Below the pieces are notes generated by a model. It searched no databases and was not told the DNA's origin. It saw nothing but the letters and a program-made list of their open reading frames with translations. Shown here piece after piece: positions 1-9,889 of a stretch of DNA of 64,000 bases (position 1 is its first letter; each line of letters opens with the position of its first letter). This DNA comes from an uncultured virus (IMG/VR IMGVR_UViG_3300027847_002832) (taxonomy: Duplodnaviria > Heunggongvirae > Uroviricota > Caudoviricetes), in the IMG/VR virus record IMGVR_UViG_3300027847_002832. One strand, written 5' to 3'. The translations under genes and the position numbers were made by a program.

Positions 1-1140
1 TCAAACCTCTCCATTTTTGATTTTGTTAACGAATTGTCGCATGTTTTTCTCATTGAAAACATGACCGAATAAATCCATCTCTGTCCAAACCTCAAATGTT
101 ATTTCCATGTCTGTCGCCTTCATATCGGCAGCGTCAATTTTGCAGGTGATCACATCATCTGTAAGCCATTTCTCGGGTTTGACTTCAACCAACTTCTGGG
201 AGCCATCCATGTATTCTATCATAAGATCAATTATGTAAGAAGACGTAATTTCCTTGACAGGATTCCAGTAATCTACAGTAATTGCTTCAACTTGATATGT
301 CTTTACAGAATCATCTTCATCAAGCTTTAAGAAAGCTTTCTTCTCATAAGATGATCGATAATAGACCTTTCCAGCTTTAGGAGATTCGTGCCAGCCCCTC
401 AGATGGTGAAGTTTAGGCTCGAATCCATTGGTGTACTGCCTGATCGTGGCCTTAGAGATGTTCTCACGGTGTTCTCGGGTAAAACCACCAGTTTCTTCAA
501 GCATCTTCTTGCGACCTTCGGAAATGTGTTGGCAATGATCTTCTGTGAAGACTTTGCCAGAGTGAGCATCTGACATTTTTTCTTTGGTTTCATCCGAGTG
601 TTGTTTGCCAAGCATTCCAGTGGAACATTTGTTTGCGAGTAAAATGGCTGTAGCCTCTTCTCTTCTCTCTGGATGAAGTTTCCAGTAATCCTTCAGCTTC
701 TTTTTGAATTCTTCGCTTTTGGGAATATCTTTAAGAGCGAGCCGAATTTTTTCCCGTTGCTCTTCGCTAATTTCTTTTCCAAGCTGGGCACAACTACCGC
801 ATACCTGAAGATATGGTTCTTCCATAGCTCCATAATAACTGTTTTTCTTCATCTTCCTAGATGGGTCGCCATCATGCTCTGGATGAGGACAAAACACATC
901 AACAACTTCTTCGGTCTGGCGGCTCTGGCCAACTCGATTCATCGGGTTATCATATTTCATAAAGCATTTGCGACAAATGAACTGATCGCCGCCATTCTTC
1001 ATGATGTTTCTTTTAGCAGGCTGTTTACCAATAGTGATAACCTCGTCCTGCGGATTGTGGTCGGGGTAATCACAAGTTATCTCAATCTTTTCGGCATCTT
1101 TGAATGCCGCATACTTCTCTTTGAATTCTTTAATGTTCAT
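1..1140 (-). CDS. NUMOD3-repeat plus TnsA-like/gp4-like PD-(D/E)XK endonuclease (probable homing endonuclease)
   Basis: N-terminal CxxC motifs; NUMOD3-like repeats (HSDETKEKMS, FTEDHCQHIS, FTREHRENIS); C-terminal YRSSYE...YIIDLMIEY...LVEVKP as in TnsA-N/T4 gp4-type nucleases. Confidence 0.75.
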   Translation of the reverse strand: MNIKEFKEKYAAFKDAEKIEITCDYPDHNPQDEVITIGKQPAKRNIMKNGGDQFICRKCFMKYDNPMNRVGQSRQTEEVVDVFCPHPEHDGDPSRKMKKNSYYGAMEEPYLQVCGSCAQLGKEISEEQREKIRLALKDIPKSEEFKKKLKDYWKLHPERREEATAILLANKCSTGMLGKQHSDETKEKMSDAHSGKVFTEDHCQHISEGRKKMLEETGGFTREHRENISKATIRQYTNGFEPKLHHLRGWHESPKAGKVYYRSSYEKKAFLKLDEDDSVKTYQVEAITVDYWNPVKEITSSYIIDLMIEYMDGSQKLVEVKPEKWLTDDVITCKIDAADMKATDMEITFEVWTEMDLFGHVFNEKNMRQFVNKIKNGEV

Positions 1141-1162
1141 GTGAAATTTCCTTTCTGTCGGG

Positions 1163-1191
1163 AATTTATCACATTATCATCGATGTGTCAA
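1163..1191 (-). promoter_or_regulatory. sigma70-type promoter for the 1..1140 nuclease
   Basis: Minus strand TTGACA (1186-1191), 17-nt spacer, TAAATT (1163-1168) preceded by TG. Confidence 0.6.
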
Positions 1192-1262
1192 GCGTAAAAC
1201 TTGAGTCTTTCTCCTTAAAATTTTCATCCATCTCGATGCTTCTTCTTACGTTATGCGCAAAC

Positions 1263-1291
1263 AAAAAGCCCGGCCATTGCTGGCCGAGCTT
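1263..1291 (-). terminator. Rho-independent terminator after the major capsid gene
   Basis: Minus strand AAGCTCGGCCA-GCAA-TGGCCGGGCTTTTTG: GC stem, GNRA loop, U tract. Confidence 0.85.
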
Positions 1292-1324
1292 ATGTTTTTC
1301 AATGTCATGCTGCTTTCTTCATCC

Positions 1325-2788
1325 TTAGATAATGAAATTCGCAATCGACATCCTTGCGTAGAATTTTGCTCCCTCTCGTAACAATTTTTTTCCGTACCGA
1401 GTAAGGATACCCTTTCTTGGGCAGAAGCTCTCTGGATCTAGTACCACTGGCGTTTGTGTCAGGGGTACATATGGACAGTAAAAATATCCCGAATCCATGT
1501 AAGAATCGCCTTTATAACCCATCAAAATCTGTCCCTGTGGGAACAGTGGGTCTTTATACAGACGCCATCTGTTGTTGATCGTTCCGACGTACTGAATACC
1601 CAACGATGAAGTGAAGGTTTCAGATGGTGCAGGAGCGAAACCAGCCGTAGCTGTTTCAAACACAGATGCAACTTCTGGAGAAGTAACAAGCCAGTTACAT
1701 CCGCCACGGAGGGTCTTACGATGAACTACGTTACTTACTTCAACGACCTTAACATAAAGAGACTCGTACTTCTCTTTAATGGTGTCGCCAAGTGCTGTAT
1801 TGAAGTCCCATACAGCGATTGTACCAGCGTTGTTACGCAAGTCAGTCAAAACTTCTCGGTCGATTTCCAAGTTGATTTCTTGTGCAAGCACAGCGGTCAA
1901 CTCAGCTTCGGCGTCGAGGTTATGTTGTGAACGAAGGTCTTGCTGTGCTTCGTAAGACCAGACAGCTTTAAGCTTTCTTGTCTTGGCAGCAATTTCTTCG
2001 GACTCGATGACCAAGTTAACTTCTGGCAAGTCTTGGTTGCATTCCATGTTGTACTCATAAGAGACAACGATGTGGTTTGCGGTAGACTGTGTTCCGTCCC
2101 ATTCAAGAACGATTTCACCAGTTACAACGTCAAGGCTTGAACCAGCAGTAACCGCAACGGCGTCTGGAGGTGTGCCAATAGCTGTGAAGGTGAATGTTCC
2201 GTCTTCAGCCACTACAAAAGTTTGGATAGCGACTGCACCGTCATAGACAGTACCAGTCATTGTGCCAGCCAAAACTGGGGTGTGCTCAAGTGGAGCGAAT
2301 ACAGAAGTTGAATCTCCACCAACATCAGTGCTGGAAACTTCATTTTGCACAAACTGGTGCGTGTAGAAGATTTCCAAGTTTCCGTCACCGGAAGCTAACT
2401 GCTGAAGTGAAGTAGCATCATCGCCGGGGAATCCGCCATTGAGGTCAGCACCTCTCATAGCTCCCTTGTTGGATGAGTATCGGAAACGCAGGTAGTAAAC
2501 CAAACCGGTTGGCCCAAGCAATGGCTGGACTGAAACGATCTTGTTTGCAATAAGCTGCGGGTAAATTCTTCGTACAAGCGGAATAGAAATTCGCTTGAAC
2601 TGAGCGATGTCGCCAGTGTCGGTCATGGCCTCGTTAATTAGACGCTGGTTTTCCAGCATAACGGCGGCTGTGGCTCTTTCGTAACGATTTGTAATACCGT
2701 GAAGCATTGACTTACCGTTAGAAAGTGGCTTCGACCATCTGGACTCAATCTCTCTTGCTTCGTTTAGATAACGTGCATTAAATGACAT
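1325..2788 (-). CDS. gp23: Major capsid protein, T4 gp23 family
   Basis: IPLVRRIYPQLIANKIVSVQPL-GPTGLVYYLRFRY, KTRKLKAVWSYEAQQDL, EINLEIDRE, GYFYCPYVPL, GILTRYG; located after protease and scaffold. Confidence 0.97.
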   Translation of the reverse strand: MSFNARYLNEAREIESRWSKPLSNGKSMLHGITNRYERATAAVMLENQRLINEAMTDTGDIAQFKRISIPLVRRIYPQLIANKIVSVQPLLGPTGLVYYLRFRYSSNKGAMRGADLNGGFPGDDATSLQQLASGDGNLEIFYTHQFVQNEVSSTDVGGDSTSVFAPLEHTPVLAGTMTGTVYDGAVAIQTFVVAEDGTFTFTAIGTPPDAVAVTAGSSLDVVTGEIVLEWDGTQSTANHIVVSYEYNMECNQDLPEVNLVIESEEIAAKTRKLKAVWSYEAQQDLRSQHNLDAEAELTAVLAQEINLEIDREVLTDLRNNAGTIAVWDFNTALGDTIKEKYESLYVKVVEVSNVVHRKTLRGGCNWLVTSPEVASVFETATAGFAPAPSETFTSSLGIQYVGTINNRWRLYKDPLFPQGQILMGYKGDSYMDSGYFYCPYVPLTQTPVVLDPESFCPRKGILTRYGKKLLREGAKFYARMSIANFII

Positions 2789-2817
2789 AATTGATTTCCT
2801 CTCTTAGAAGAGTTCTC

Positions 2818-3723
2818 TTAGCGAGACTCCTCGATACCAGATAGAACTAGAAGGTCGTTCAGCGGATTTGACCCTTCCGTCAGGGTCTCCTCTTTTTTGT
2901 TGCTGCCTTCATGTGTTGGTGCTGCGTACTCGGCAATTACCTGATCCGCAGTTACCCTTTGGCCACGCCCACTTGCATTCTTCGCTTTCTTTGCTCTTTC
3001 TTTTCTTCCGGCTTTTGTTGCTTCTGTAAGCAGTGCGTCAGCTTCGCCGACTTGCTCATTAAGCTTATTGTTTCTTGCCGACAGCTTTACATTACGTGCT
3101 TCGACGATTCGAAGCTGTCCTCTGAGTGACTCAACGGACTTGTGCGTCTCTTCAAGCTGTTTTGATGTAATGCCATTCATATCATCACGATCAATGTAGT
3201 CGGAAAGAATTTCAGCCATTTTTTCGACTGCTACTCTTTGCTCAAGTACATGTGGATCTGCGAGGATATCTTTCTTGGCAGACTCATAAATTTCTTGCTC
3301 TTGTAGTGCTAGGAATTCATCCATCTTATCGACCATGAATTCTTGCATTTCCTTAAGCTTGTTATCAAATTCTTCGTAGAGTTCGACTTCAATGTTTCCA
3401 TTTTTGCCCTTCTCTGTGTTAAGTTCATTCCATGCTTCCTCGAAACCTTCTTCGAGAGCCGTTTCGAACTCTTCACGTTGTTCATCAAGTCGTCCCATTA
3501 GAGAGGCGACACATTCGTAAGCTTGCTTATAACCCTGTTCGGCTATAGCTTCGTCTGCTTCTTTTTCTTCAGCTAGTTGTGAGTAAGCTTCTTCAAGCTT
3601 CGTCTGAAACTCTTTTTCGAGTCCTTTGACTTGCTCAGCCATCATTGATTCGACAGCTTTGGCAACCTCATTCACATGCTCAGCAGGAAGAATCTTCTTT
3701 AGTGCTTCTGTGATTGTTTTCAT
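2818..3723 (-). CDS. Prohead core scaffold protein, gp22-like
   Basis: Acidic coiled-coil protein rich in L/I-x-E sites, between prohead protease and capsid genes. Confidence 0.8.
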   Translation of the reverse strand: MKTITEALKKILPAEHVNEVAKAVESMMAEQVKGLEKEFQTKLEEAYSQLAEEKEADEAIAEQGYKQAYECVASLMGRLDEQREEFETALEEGFEEAWNELNTEKGKNGNIEVELYEEFDNKLKEMQEFMVDKMDEFLALQEQEIYESAKKDILADPHVLEQRVAVEKMAEILSDYIDRDDMNGITSKQLEETHKSVESLRGQLRIVEARNVKLSARNNKLNEQVGEADALLTEATKAGRKERAKKAKNASGRGQRVTADQVIAEYAAPTHEGSNKKEETLTEGSNPLNDLLVLSGIEESR

Positions 3724-4436
3724 TTACCTAACCTCGACATATATTTTTCTGATTGAGATTTAACAAAGCCGCCCAGACAGGCGATCAATGCTTCTTTGTT
3801 AATCATATCTATGCCGCAGGACTCGTTTTTAGTAATTCCTGCTTCTATATGATTCCCTCGTCCCTCAAGGTTTTGGCGGGGAGTTACGCTCTCTCGCTTC
3901 TTTCCTGATGGTGCATCTACTACTTTCTCTTGGAACGCTGCAAACGTAGAAGGATCGGCAACTGCGTCAAAGGTAATAAGCTTGTAGCTTTCACCAATAA
4001 CTAGGATGCCATCTTCGTTTGTAGAACCATTCCCAACACCTCTCGAACTAATTCCGACTTTTACTCCATCATTGATAAGTGCTTTAAGGACTTTACCGTG
4101 AGGAGTATTCAGAATTTCGCCTTCTCCCATTAAGACATTCCCATCCCACCAAAGGTTGGTGATAACGTGGGAAGCGTCTGCAAAGTGAATTATTGAATCC
4201 GTTGGATGGTCCAGTTCTCCGACAAGTCTTCTTTCTTCAAGAGCTTCTTGAAGACGTTTGACATTTTCATCAAGGACACCATACGGATACATGCGCTTAT
4301 TTTTGTTGATAGCTTCGGCTTCTTGAAATTTTCCTCTGAACTTCACGAGACCCCGTTCGCTTGGGGCCTCGCTTTCATTCAGTTCAAATTCAAAACCGGA
4401 GTTATTACAACAATCAATCAACAACATATTGTCCAT
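3720..4436 (-). CDS. gp21: Prohead protease, T4 gp21 family
   Basis: INKNKRMYP, GELDHP (His), GVKVGISSRGVG (Ser), LITFDAVADPS; start set at ATG 4436 behind AGGAG. Confidence 0.95.
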   Translation of the reverse strand: MDNMLLIDCCNNSGFEFELNESEAPSERGLVKFRGKFQEAEAINKNKRMYPYGVLDENVKRLQEALEERRLVGELDHPTDSIIHFADASHVITNLWWDGNVLMGEGEILNTPHGKVLKALINDGVKVGISSRGVGNGSTNEDGILVIGESYKLITFDAVADPSTFAAFQEKVVDAPSGKKRESVTPRQNLEGRGNHIEAGITKNESCGIDMINKEALIACLGGFVKSQSEKYMSRLGK

Positions 4437-4455
4437 GTAACTGCTCCTTAATAAA

Positions 4456-6195
4456 TTATTTGTCAACTACTAAATCGGTCTCAGGACCATTCTTCATCTT
4501 GTGGCCACTACCACCTTCTCCACCAGCTTCGCCCGGTACATATGGGTTCTGAAGATCAGGCCATGTATCGGATGTCTGCCATGTAGACCAGTGTTGGCCT
4601 GTAGCATCTTTATCAACGCCTTTTTCGCCCTTCATCGTGTAGTCACCAAATGGCTTCGGCACGTAAGGATTCTTAAGTTTCGGGAAGACTTCTCCACCGC
4701 CTTCTTGACCCCAACTATTGTTTCTCATAGTCTTGGCGTTTTTACCGCCTTTATAGTTGTGGTTGTCCTGACCGATTGCAGGAGCGGAATCTCCCCATTC
4801 GCCATCATGACGACCAGCAATAGCAGGAACTTTAGCGTTTCTTGCCATGTGTGGATGATCGCCTGAGACTGTCAGGTGAGGTGTATTAGAAACATCCCAC
4901 TTCTCAGAAGCATATTGGACGTTTGCTTCGACGAATTGAGCTAGCCAAGTGGCTGCTTCTTCAACGAGTAGCAAATCAGGTTTGATGTTTTCATTAAGAA
5001 CGTCAGCAAGCTCATTAAGATAACTTGCAGATTGCTTCATAATGGATTTTTCATCACGTCTCTCTGCCATCTTGTAAAGACCTTGGTAGGTTTCATACAA
5101 GTCAGAGAATACTTTTCTTTCAAGACCGAACTGTTCATCCAATGTTGGGTAGAACTGCTCAACAACGCCTTGGAAGTGTGCATAAGGATCAGTTTCCTCA
5201 TCACATCTTGAGGCACCGGCCAGATGAAGAATCTGGTTGACCTTTTCTGTGTAAGCACTGTGGGCTTTACGAAGCAGACCTTCTGCCATAAACACACAAG
5301 TTTTGTCTTCATAATTGCGGGCACCAGCAGTGTGAAGTGCTTCGGACACAATCTGAGCGAGTTCGCTTTGTGTGACATAAAGAAGACTTGGCCATGTAGA
5401 AACTACATGATCAAGAGACTCTTCCAGTGATTTCTGGTCAGAGAAAGCATTCTGTCGCTTCAGATCAGAAATTGCTTTGCAGAAATTTTGATCTTGTGGC
5501 AGAGCCGCAACACTTTCACGAACCTGATGGTTGTCAGCGTTGATTGTCTTCCACTTGAAGGACTGAACCTTGTTTTTGTTTCTTTCGTTAATGGTCGGCA
5601 TTAACATGCCTACCACGTTTCCGGCCTTATCTGTTTTCAAAGTAGACTCTCGGAGAGTCGGACCAACTTTCATGAATTCTACGTATTCAAGAACATTCTG
5701 CGAAGTCACATAAGCGTTGTCGAATCCAGCAGCCTTTGCTGCTTGAAGAACATTAGCTCTGTGATTGTCGTCCCTGTGGCTCTTGTCGTTCGTAGCTTTG
5801 TTTCGTATTTGAACATTTTCGTTCCAACGAACCATTCCTAGATAGTCTTGAAATTGAGCAGTCGCCTGTGCATGTTCATCTTTAAGAATTGAATCAAGCA
5901 TTTCCGAAAGCATTCCACGCATTTTTGTTTTGCGAGAAGATTCGTCTATGACAAGTTCTTCAATATTATTAAAGGTGATCTTGGATTCCTTCAGTTCGTA
6001 CCCAGCATGAACATAGGTGTCGTTTGGTGTTTCATAAACGACAGTGGATTCTGTGAATCCATGTAGAGCAATGTGCTCTGTTCCTAATGCTTTTGCTAAG
6101 GCCGGTGCTGCTTCAACCAATTCACGCTCAGCCGTTGTTACTGACTCATTAGTCATTCTATCGAAGGCATCTTGCTTTATGAGTTTTCTTCTCAT
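4456..6195 (-). CDS. Large hypothetical protein in the head module, possible prohead core/internal protein
   Basis: About 579 aa from ATG 6195 with GAGGAG RBS; position equivalent to T4 gp67/gp68; Gly/Pro-rich C-terminus with NPYVP twice. Confidence 0.6.
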   Translation of the reverse strand: MRRKLIKQDAFDRMTNESVTTAERELVEAAPALAKALGTEHIALHGFTESTVVYETPNDTYVHAGYELKESKITFNNIEELVIDESSRKTKMRGMLSEMLDSILKDEHAQATAQFQDYLGMVRWNENVQIRNKATNDKSHRDDNHRANVLQAAKAAGFDNAYVTSQNVLEYVEFMKVGPTLRESTLKTDKAGNVVGMLMPTINERNKNKVQSFKWKTINADNHQVRESVAALPQDQNFCKAISDLKRQNAFSDQKSLEESLDHVVSTWPSLLYVTQSELAQIVSEALHTAGARNYEDKTCVFMAEGLLRKAHSAYTEKVNQILHLAGASRCDEETDPYAHFQGVVEQFYPTLDEQFGLERKVFSDLYETYQGLYKMAERRDEKSIMKQSASYLNELADVLNENIKPDLLLVEEAATWLAQFVEANVQYASEKWDVSNTPHLTVSGDHPHMARNAKVPAIAGRHDGEWGDSAPAIGQDNHNYKGGKNAKTMRNNSWGQEGGGEVFPKLKNPYVPKPFGDYTMKGEKGVDKDATGQHWSTWQTSDTWPDLQNPYVPGEAGGEGGSGHKMKNGPETDLVVDK

Positions 6196-6362
6196 GGTTT
6201 TAACTCCTCGACTTCTAATGTGTTTGACACGTACAGCTTGCAAGTGTATGTTTTATATACTCGAATAGGCACGAAATTGACTCAGATCCACATAAATACC
6301 TTCTGCCTACTACTATCTAGTTATGCAGAGAGATGTGATTTTTGATAAGAAAGGGGTTTGTA

Positions 6363-6719
6363 ATGTCCAACTGGCGCAGATGGAGTGAAGAACGGGAAGT
6401 AAGAGAAGGGTTTGGAGAGGGCGGCGACCCTGTTTCAAACTTTAAGTTTAGTTCGGGGGAAGAAGATTACGCTGATGATTATGAACATGTTCAGCAAGAG
6501 TTATTCAGAGCCGTGCTTGATAAATATCCCGAAGAAACAATGCAATTTTTTGAAGGCATTGCGCAACGTGGAGATCAAGAGATAGCTGGTCTTTTAAGGA
6601 AGTTGCAGAGAGATATTGGTCCAACTGCCAACAAAGAGCCTGACCATCCATCTGATGGAGACGAGGTGGTACCATCCGGTGCTGACACAGGATACGGTGG
6701 TGGAGAAGGCGAAGACTAA
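6363..6719 (+). CDS. Small acidic hypothetical protein, possible internal head protein
   Basis: ORF with RBS; N-terminus MSNWRRWSEE. Confidence 0.6.
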   Translation: MSNWRRWSEEREVREGFGEGGDPVSNFKFSSGEEDYADDYEHVQQELFRAVLDKYPEETMQFFEGIAQRGDQEIAGLLRKLQRDIGPTANKEPDHPSDGDEVVPSGADTGYGGGEGED

Positions 6720-6949
6720 CTCTTAAACCAATGTTTGTTTATGGCTTCTAAGTTATCTGTCTCTGGCAAAACGGAGTCTGCATTACATTTTGGACAAATA
6801 GCCGTCTGATCATTATCAGTCCACTCTTTTATTTCACTAATATCAAATATTTCTAAACATTTGAAGCAACCGCAAGAACCTTTCAAGTTCTTGCGGTTTT
6901 TCATTGCTTGAAATGGGGCTTCTGATGGCTTCATGCTGCATTTTTCCAT
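6716..6949 (-). CDS. Small zinc-binding protein
   Basis: CGCFKC...CPKC motif. Confidence 0.65.
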   Translation of the reverse strand: MEKCSMKPSEAPFQAMKNRKNLKGSCGCFKCLEIFDISEIKEWTDNDQTAICPKCNADSVLPETDNLEAINKHWFKS

Positions 6950-7164
6950 TTGTAAGTTGAATTGAACTTTCCTTTGGCAACTTGTTTTATCATAGCCAAT
7001 AAATTAACTTTAATGGTTTCTAAATCAGTCCCATAATATTCTTCTGGATTGTATTGAGAGATAAAATTATTGACATCTTGTGATGCTGCCATTAACTCAA
7101 CCTTTTGAATGTTGCTCATTTTTGAATTTAGACTTGAGTTGGTTAATGCAGATTTTTTTTGCAT
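6931..7164 (-). CDS. Hypothetical protein (5' end possibly frameshifted at an A8 tract)
   Basis: ORF track; overlaps the next gene. Confidence 0.45.
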   Translation of the reverse strand: MQKKSALTNSSLNSKMSNIQKVELMAASQDVNNFISQYNPEEYYGTDLETIKVNLLAMIKQVAKGKFNSTYKWKNAA

Positions 7165-7276
7165 TCATCGCAATAACTTTTAGCTTTTCTAACATTCTGC
7201 TATTTTGAAACTTTTGATTTGCCAATGATTGACGATCCTGTTTTTGTTGTGTTATTATATTCATAAAAATTTTTCA

Positions 7277-9862
7277 TCATCCTTCCTCGCTCCTATCAGT
7301 TTCTTCTTCGTCCATTTCTTGGGCAAAGTCTTTGATTTCCAGATCGAATTTCTTGATATCCGTTTCTGTAGCATCAGGAATTGGGTTTCCAGAACCGGCT
7401 GCTGGAGGTGGGCCTTGATCCATTCCCATTTCTCCTCCCATGCCTTCTTCTGCGTCCATGTATTTACGCATTCCCGGAGCACCAGTTGGCATTCCGCCAG
7501 CTTCTCCTGCACCGGGAGGCATACCCATGGCATCTCCTTGCGCTCCCATCTCTGGACCAAGCATTGGATTAGGACCACCGGGTTCTGTTCCAATTTCTTC
7601 TCCATCATCTGGGCCGGGAAGACCTACACCTAACAAGGCTGGATTCTGTGCAATGATCTGTAGCTTCAACTCTTCCAATTTTTGTATTTTGAGTCGAGCT
7701 AACATTTCTTTGGCTTCATCTTCACTGTACTTGAGCCACAATACTAGAATGTCATAATCTGACATCAATTGTGAACCCTTTAAGTTGGCTGCGTTATTTA
7801 ATCGATTAGTTACAACCTCTGCTCTTGTGAGTTCACGCCAGTCAGACGGTGGAGTCATTTTTATTTCAAGGTCTTCGTAGGAATCTTCTGTGTATCCCAT
7901 TAACCTTAGATGCCTATCACAGATTTCCCAGAAAGCATCTTCGATGTGTGCTTGAAGTCTTTCGATCATTCGAGCGAATTTAATGTCTTGTGCTGATAAT
8001 GAAATTCTGGTTGCTTGTGAATCTTCGTTGTTGAAATAGTTCTTTGGGAAATTCAAAGCGGTGAACAGTTTGTTTCTGAAGTAAACTGTGTCGTCGATCT
8101 CTCCAAGATTCTGAGCACCCGGCAATGTTTCAACACGTGTGTTGGCATTAGGACGAATAGGAATCCAGTAATCTTCATCAGCCGCAGGAGCGTGCCAGCG
8201 TTCTTCAACAGCGGACGCTCCGCTGCCTCCACCTTTACCACTAGCAACTTTCTTTTTCTTAAATTGATCTTTCATACGTTCTATGAATGCTTCGGCTTTA
8301 GCCGGATTCAATTGTTGAACGTCAATATAGAACACTCTTCTTTCAGGCGCACGTGTCAGTCTGTAAACAACCATGGCATCTTCCATCAATCTTAATTGAT
8401 GTGCTGGCCCACGAGCGGCCTCAATAAGAGACACGCCGTATGGATAGAATGTCTTTCTATCGTCTCCGATCTTAAAGTGAACTACCTGTGTTGGAGCGAA
8501 CCTTACGGCTGTGGCCTGTTGAAGATCGGCCTCAGTTGCCTGAGTGACTTCCACTCTGGCCAAACTTTGATAATCTGGGCCTTCCTTAGATTGTTGATAT
8601 TCTACGATCTTGCCTTTGGTTGTTTCGATTCTGTAGATGCTGTCTGCTGGCAAAGGAATTAAACCAATAACTCCGTTCTTAGGATTTTCAATATCAATAA
8701 TCAGTTCATAAAAGAAGTCTCCGTTAATGAACAGTCTTTTTGCCAAGTCCCACATTTTCTTTTGATCGAAGTTAAGCATTTTGCGATGGAACAATAACCA
8801 TTCAACTTCTTCTTTAACTTCTTGATTTGCACACATGATATTCATCACATGACCTTCATCATCTTTTTGGCAATTGTGAACGATGCCCCAATTGGTTGCA
8901 AAGTTTTTGTGTTTCTCTACCGACATGTCATAGACATCAATTTCTTTCCATGGTTGAACACCGACCACTCGTCGGCGATCTTCTTTGTTGCCAAGCCACT
9001 TCATCTCTTTATTTGAGAATCCAGCATTTTCAATTCTGTCTCTTACTGTGACAAAATTATTTCCTGTGAGTTTTGTTATTTGCCTTACTGTCAATCCTTC
9101 AGCAATCATTTGGCAATAGCTGTTAACTGCCTTGAGTTCATCTTTGGTTTTTCCAGTAGTCCACTCATCTACGAATTGTCTTTCATGAACCCAACCTTTT
9201 TCGTGTGTCCATATTCTCGGGAATTGATTTGTTTTAATTCCCGTTAAGTCCTGTCTGGCTTCCAGATGATAGAACGGCATTAACTCATGTCCGTAATTAA
9301 GCTCGCCTGCTTCTATCCACTTTCCATCTCTCAATAGAATTTCATGATCTGTTGTGACGATAAAAGAGTTTCCATCATCAAGCATGATTTTGATAGTTGG
9401 TGCTGTCTTTACTTTTCGTGGATTGAATGCCCAACCAAGGGTGTAGTCTCTTTTATTATGATCGTAGCAATAGACCAAAAACCTTTCGGTCTCATTCTCT
9501 GCTAGGTCTTTGATTGTTCTAAATCCATGTGGCGTTGCAATTTTTGTACTGCCTGCCAAACATGCTTCGTCAGCGAAAACGGTCATGGCCATTTCAATTT
9601 CTGCCATGTTTCTTAAGCGTTCGTACTCTTTATATCTATGAATACGGTTCGTGACCGTAGACAAATCGACAAAATCGTTTGTGTCACGTAACTTAATCGC
9701 CCCACCGCCACCGCCCCAGTTGCCGTCCTGACCGGCACGAATATCCGGGATGGCATCGGGCTGGGACACACCAGCACCCATAAGGTCTTTTTGATCTCTC
9801 TTTGTAAGAGGATCATCAGTGAACGCATACGTAAAGACTTTGAAAAAATCCCACCAAGCCAT
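7277..9862 (-). CDS. gp20: Portal protein, T4 gp20 family, with intein
   Basis: QLRLMEDAMVVYRLTRAPERRVFYIDV, EDYWIP, VETLPGAQNLGEIDD, DIKFARMIERLQ. Confidence 0.95.
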   Translation of the reverse strand: MAWWDFFKVFTYAFTDDPLTKRDQKDLMGAGVSQPDAIPDIRAGQDGNWGGGGGAIKLRDTNDFVDLSTVTNRIHRYKEYERLRNMAEIEMAMTVFADEACLAGSTKIATPHGFRTIKDLAENETERFLVYCYDHNKRDYTLGWAFNPRKVKTAPTIKIMLDDGNSFIVTTDHEILLRDGKWIEAGELNYGHELMPFYHLEARQDLTGIKTNQFPRIWTHEKGWVHERQFVDEWTTGKTKDELKAVNSYCQMIAEGLTVRQITKLTGNNFVTVRDRIENAGFSNKEMKWLGNKEDRRRVVGVQPWKEIDVYDMSVEKHKNFATNWGIVHNCQKDDEGHVMNIMCANQEVKEEVEWLLFHRKMLNFDQKKMWDLAKRLFINGDFFYELIIDIENPKNGVIGLIPLPADSIYRIETTKGKIVEYQQSKEGPDYQSLARVEVTQATEADLQQATAVRFAPTQVVHFKIGDDRKTFYPYGVSLIEAARGPAHQLRLMEDAMVVYRLTRAPERRVFYIDVQQLNPAKAEAFIERMKDQFKKKKVASGKGGGSGASAVEERWHAPAADEDYWIPIRPNANTRVETLPGAQNLGEIDDTVYFRNKLFTALNFPKNYFNNEDSQATRISLSAQDIKFARMIERLQAHIEDAFWEICDRHLRLMGYTEDSYEDLEIKMTPPSDWRELTRAEVVTNRLNNAANLKGSQLMSDYDILVLWLKYSEDEAKEMLARLKIQKLEELKLQIIAQNPALLGVGLPGPDDGEEIGTEPGGPNPMLGPEMGAQGDAMGMPPGAGEAGGMPTGAPGMRKYMDAEEGMGGEMGMDQGPPPAAGSGNPIPDATETDIKKFDLEIKDFAQEMDEEETDRSEEG
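8873..9562 (-). mobile_element. 230-aa intein in the portal (aa 101-330)
   Basis: Begins CLAGSTKIATPHG, block B TTDHEILL, ends VYDMSVEKHKNFATNWGIVHN followed by Cys+1. Confidence 0.93.
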
Positions 9863-9889
9863 AATTTTACTCCTTCGGGGTATTACCCT

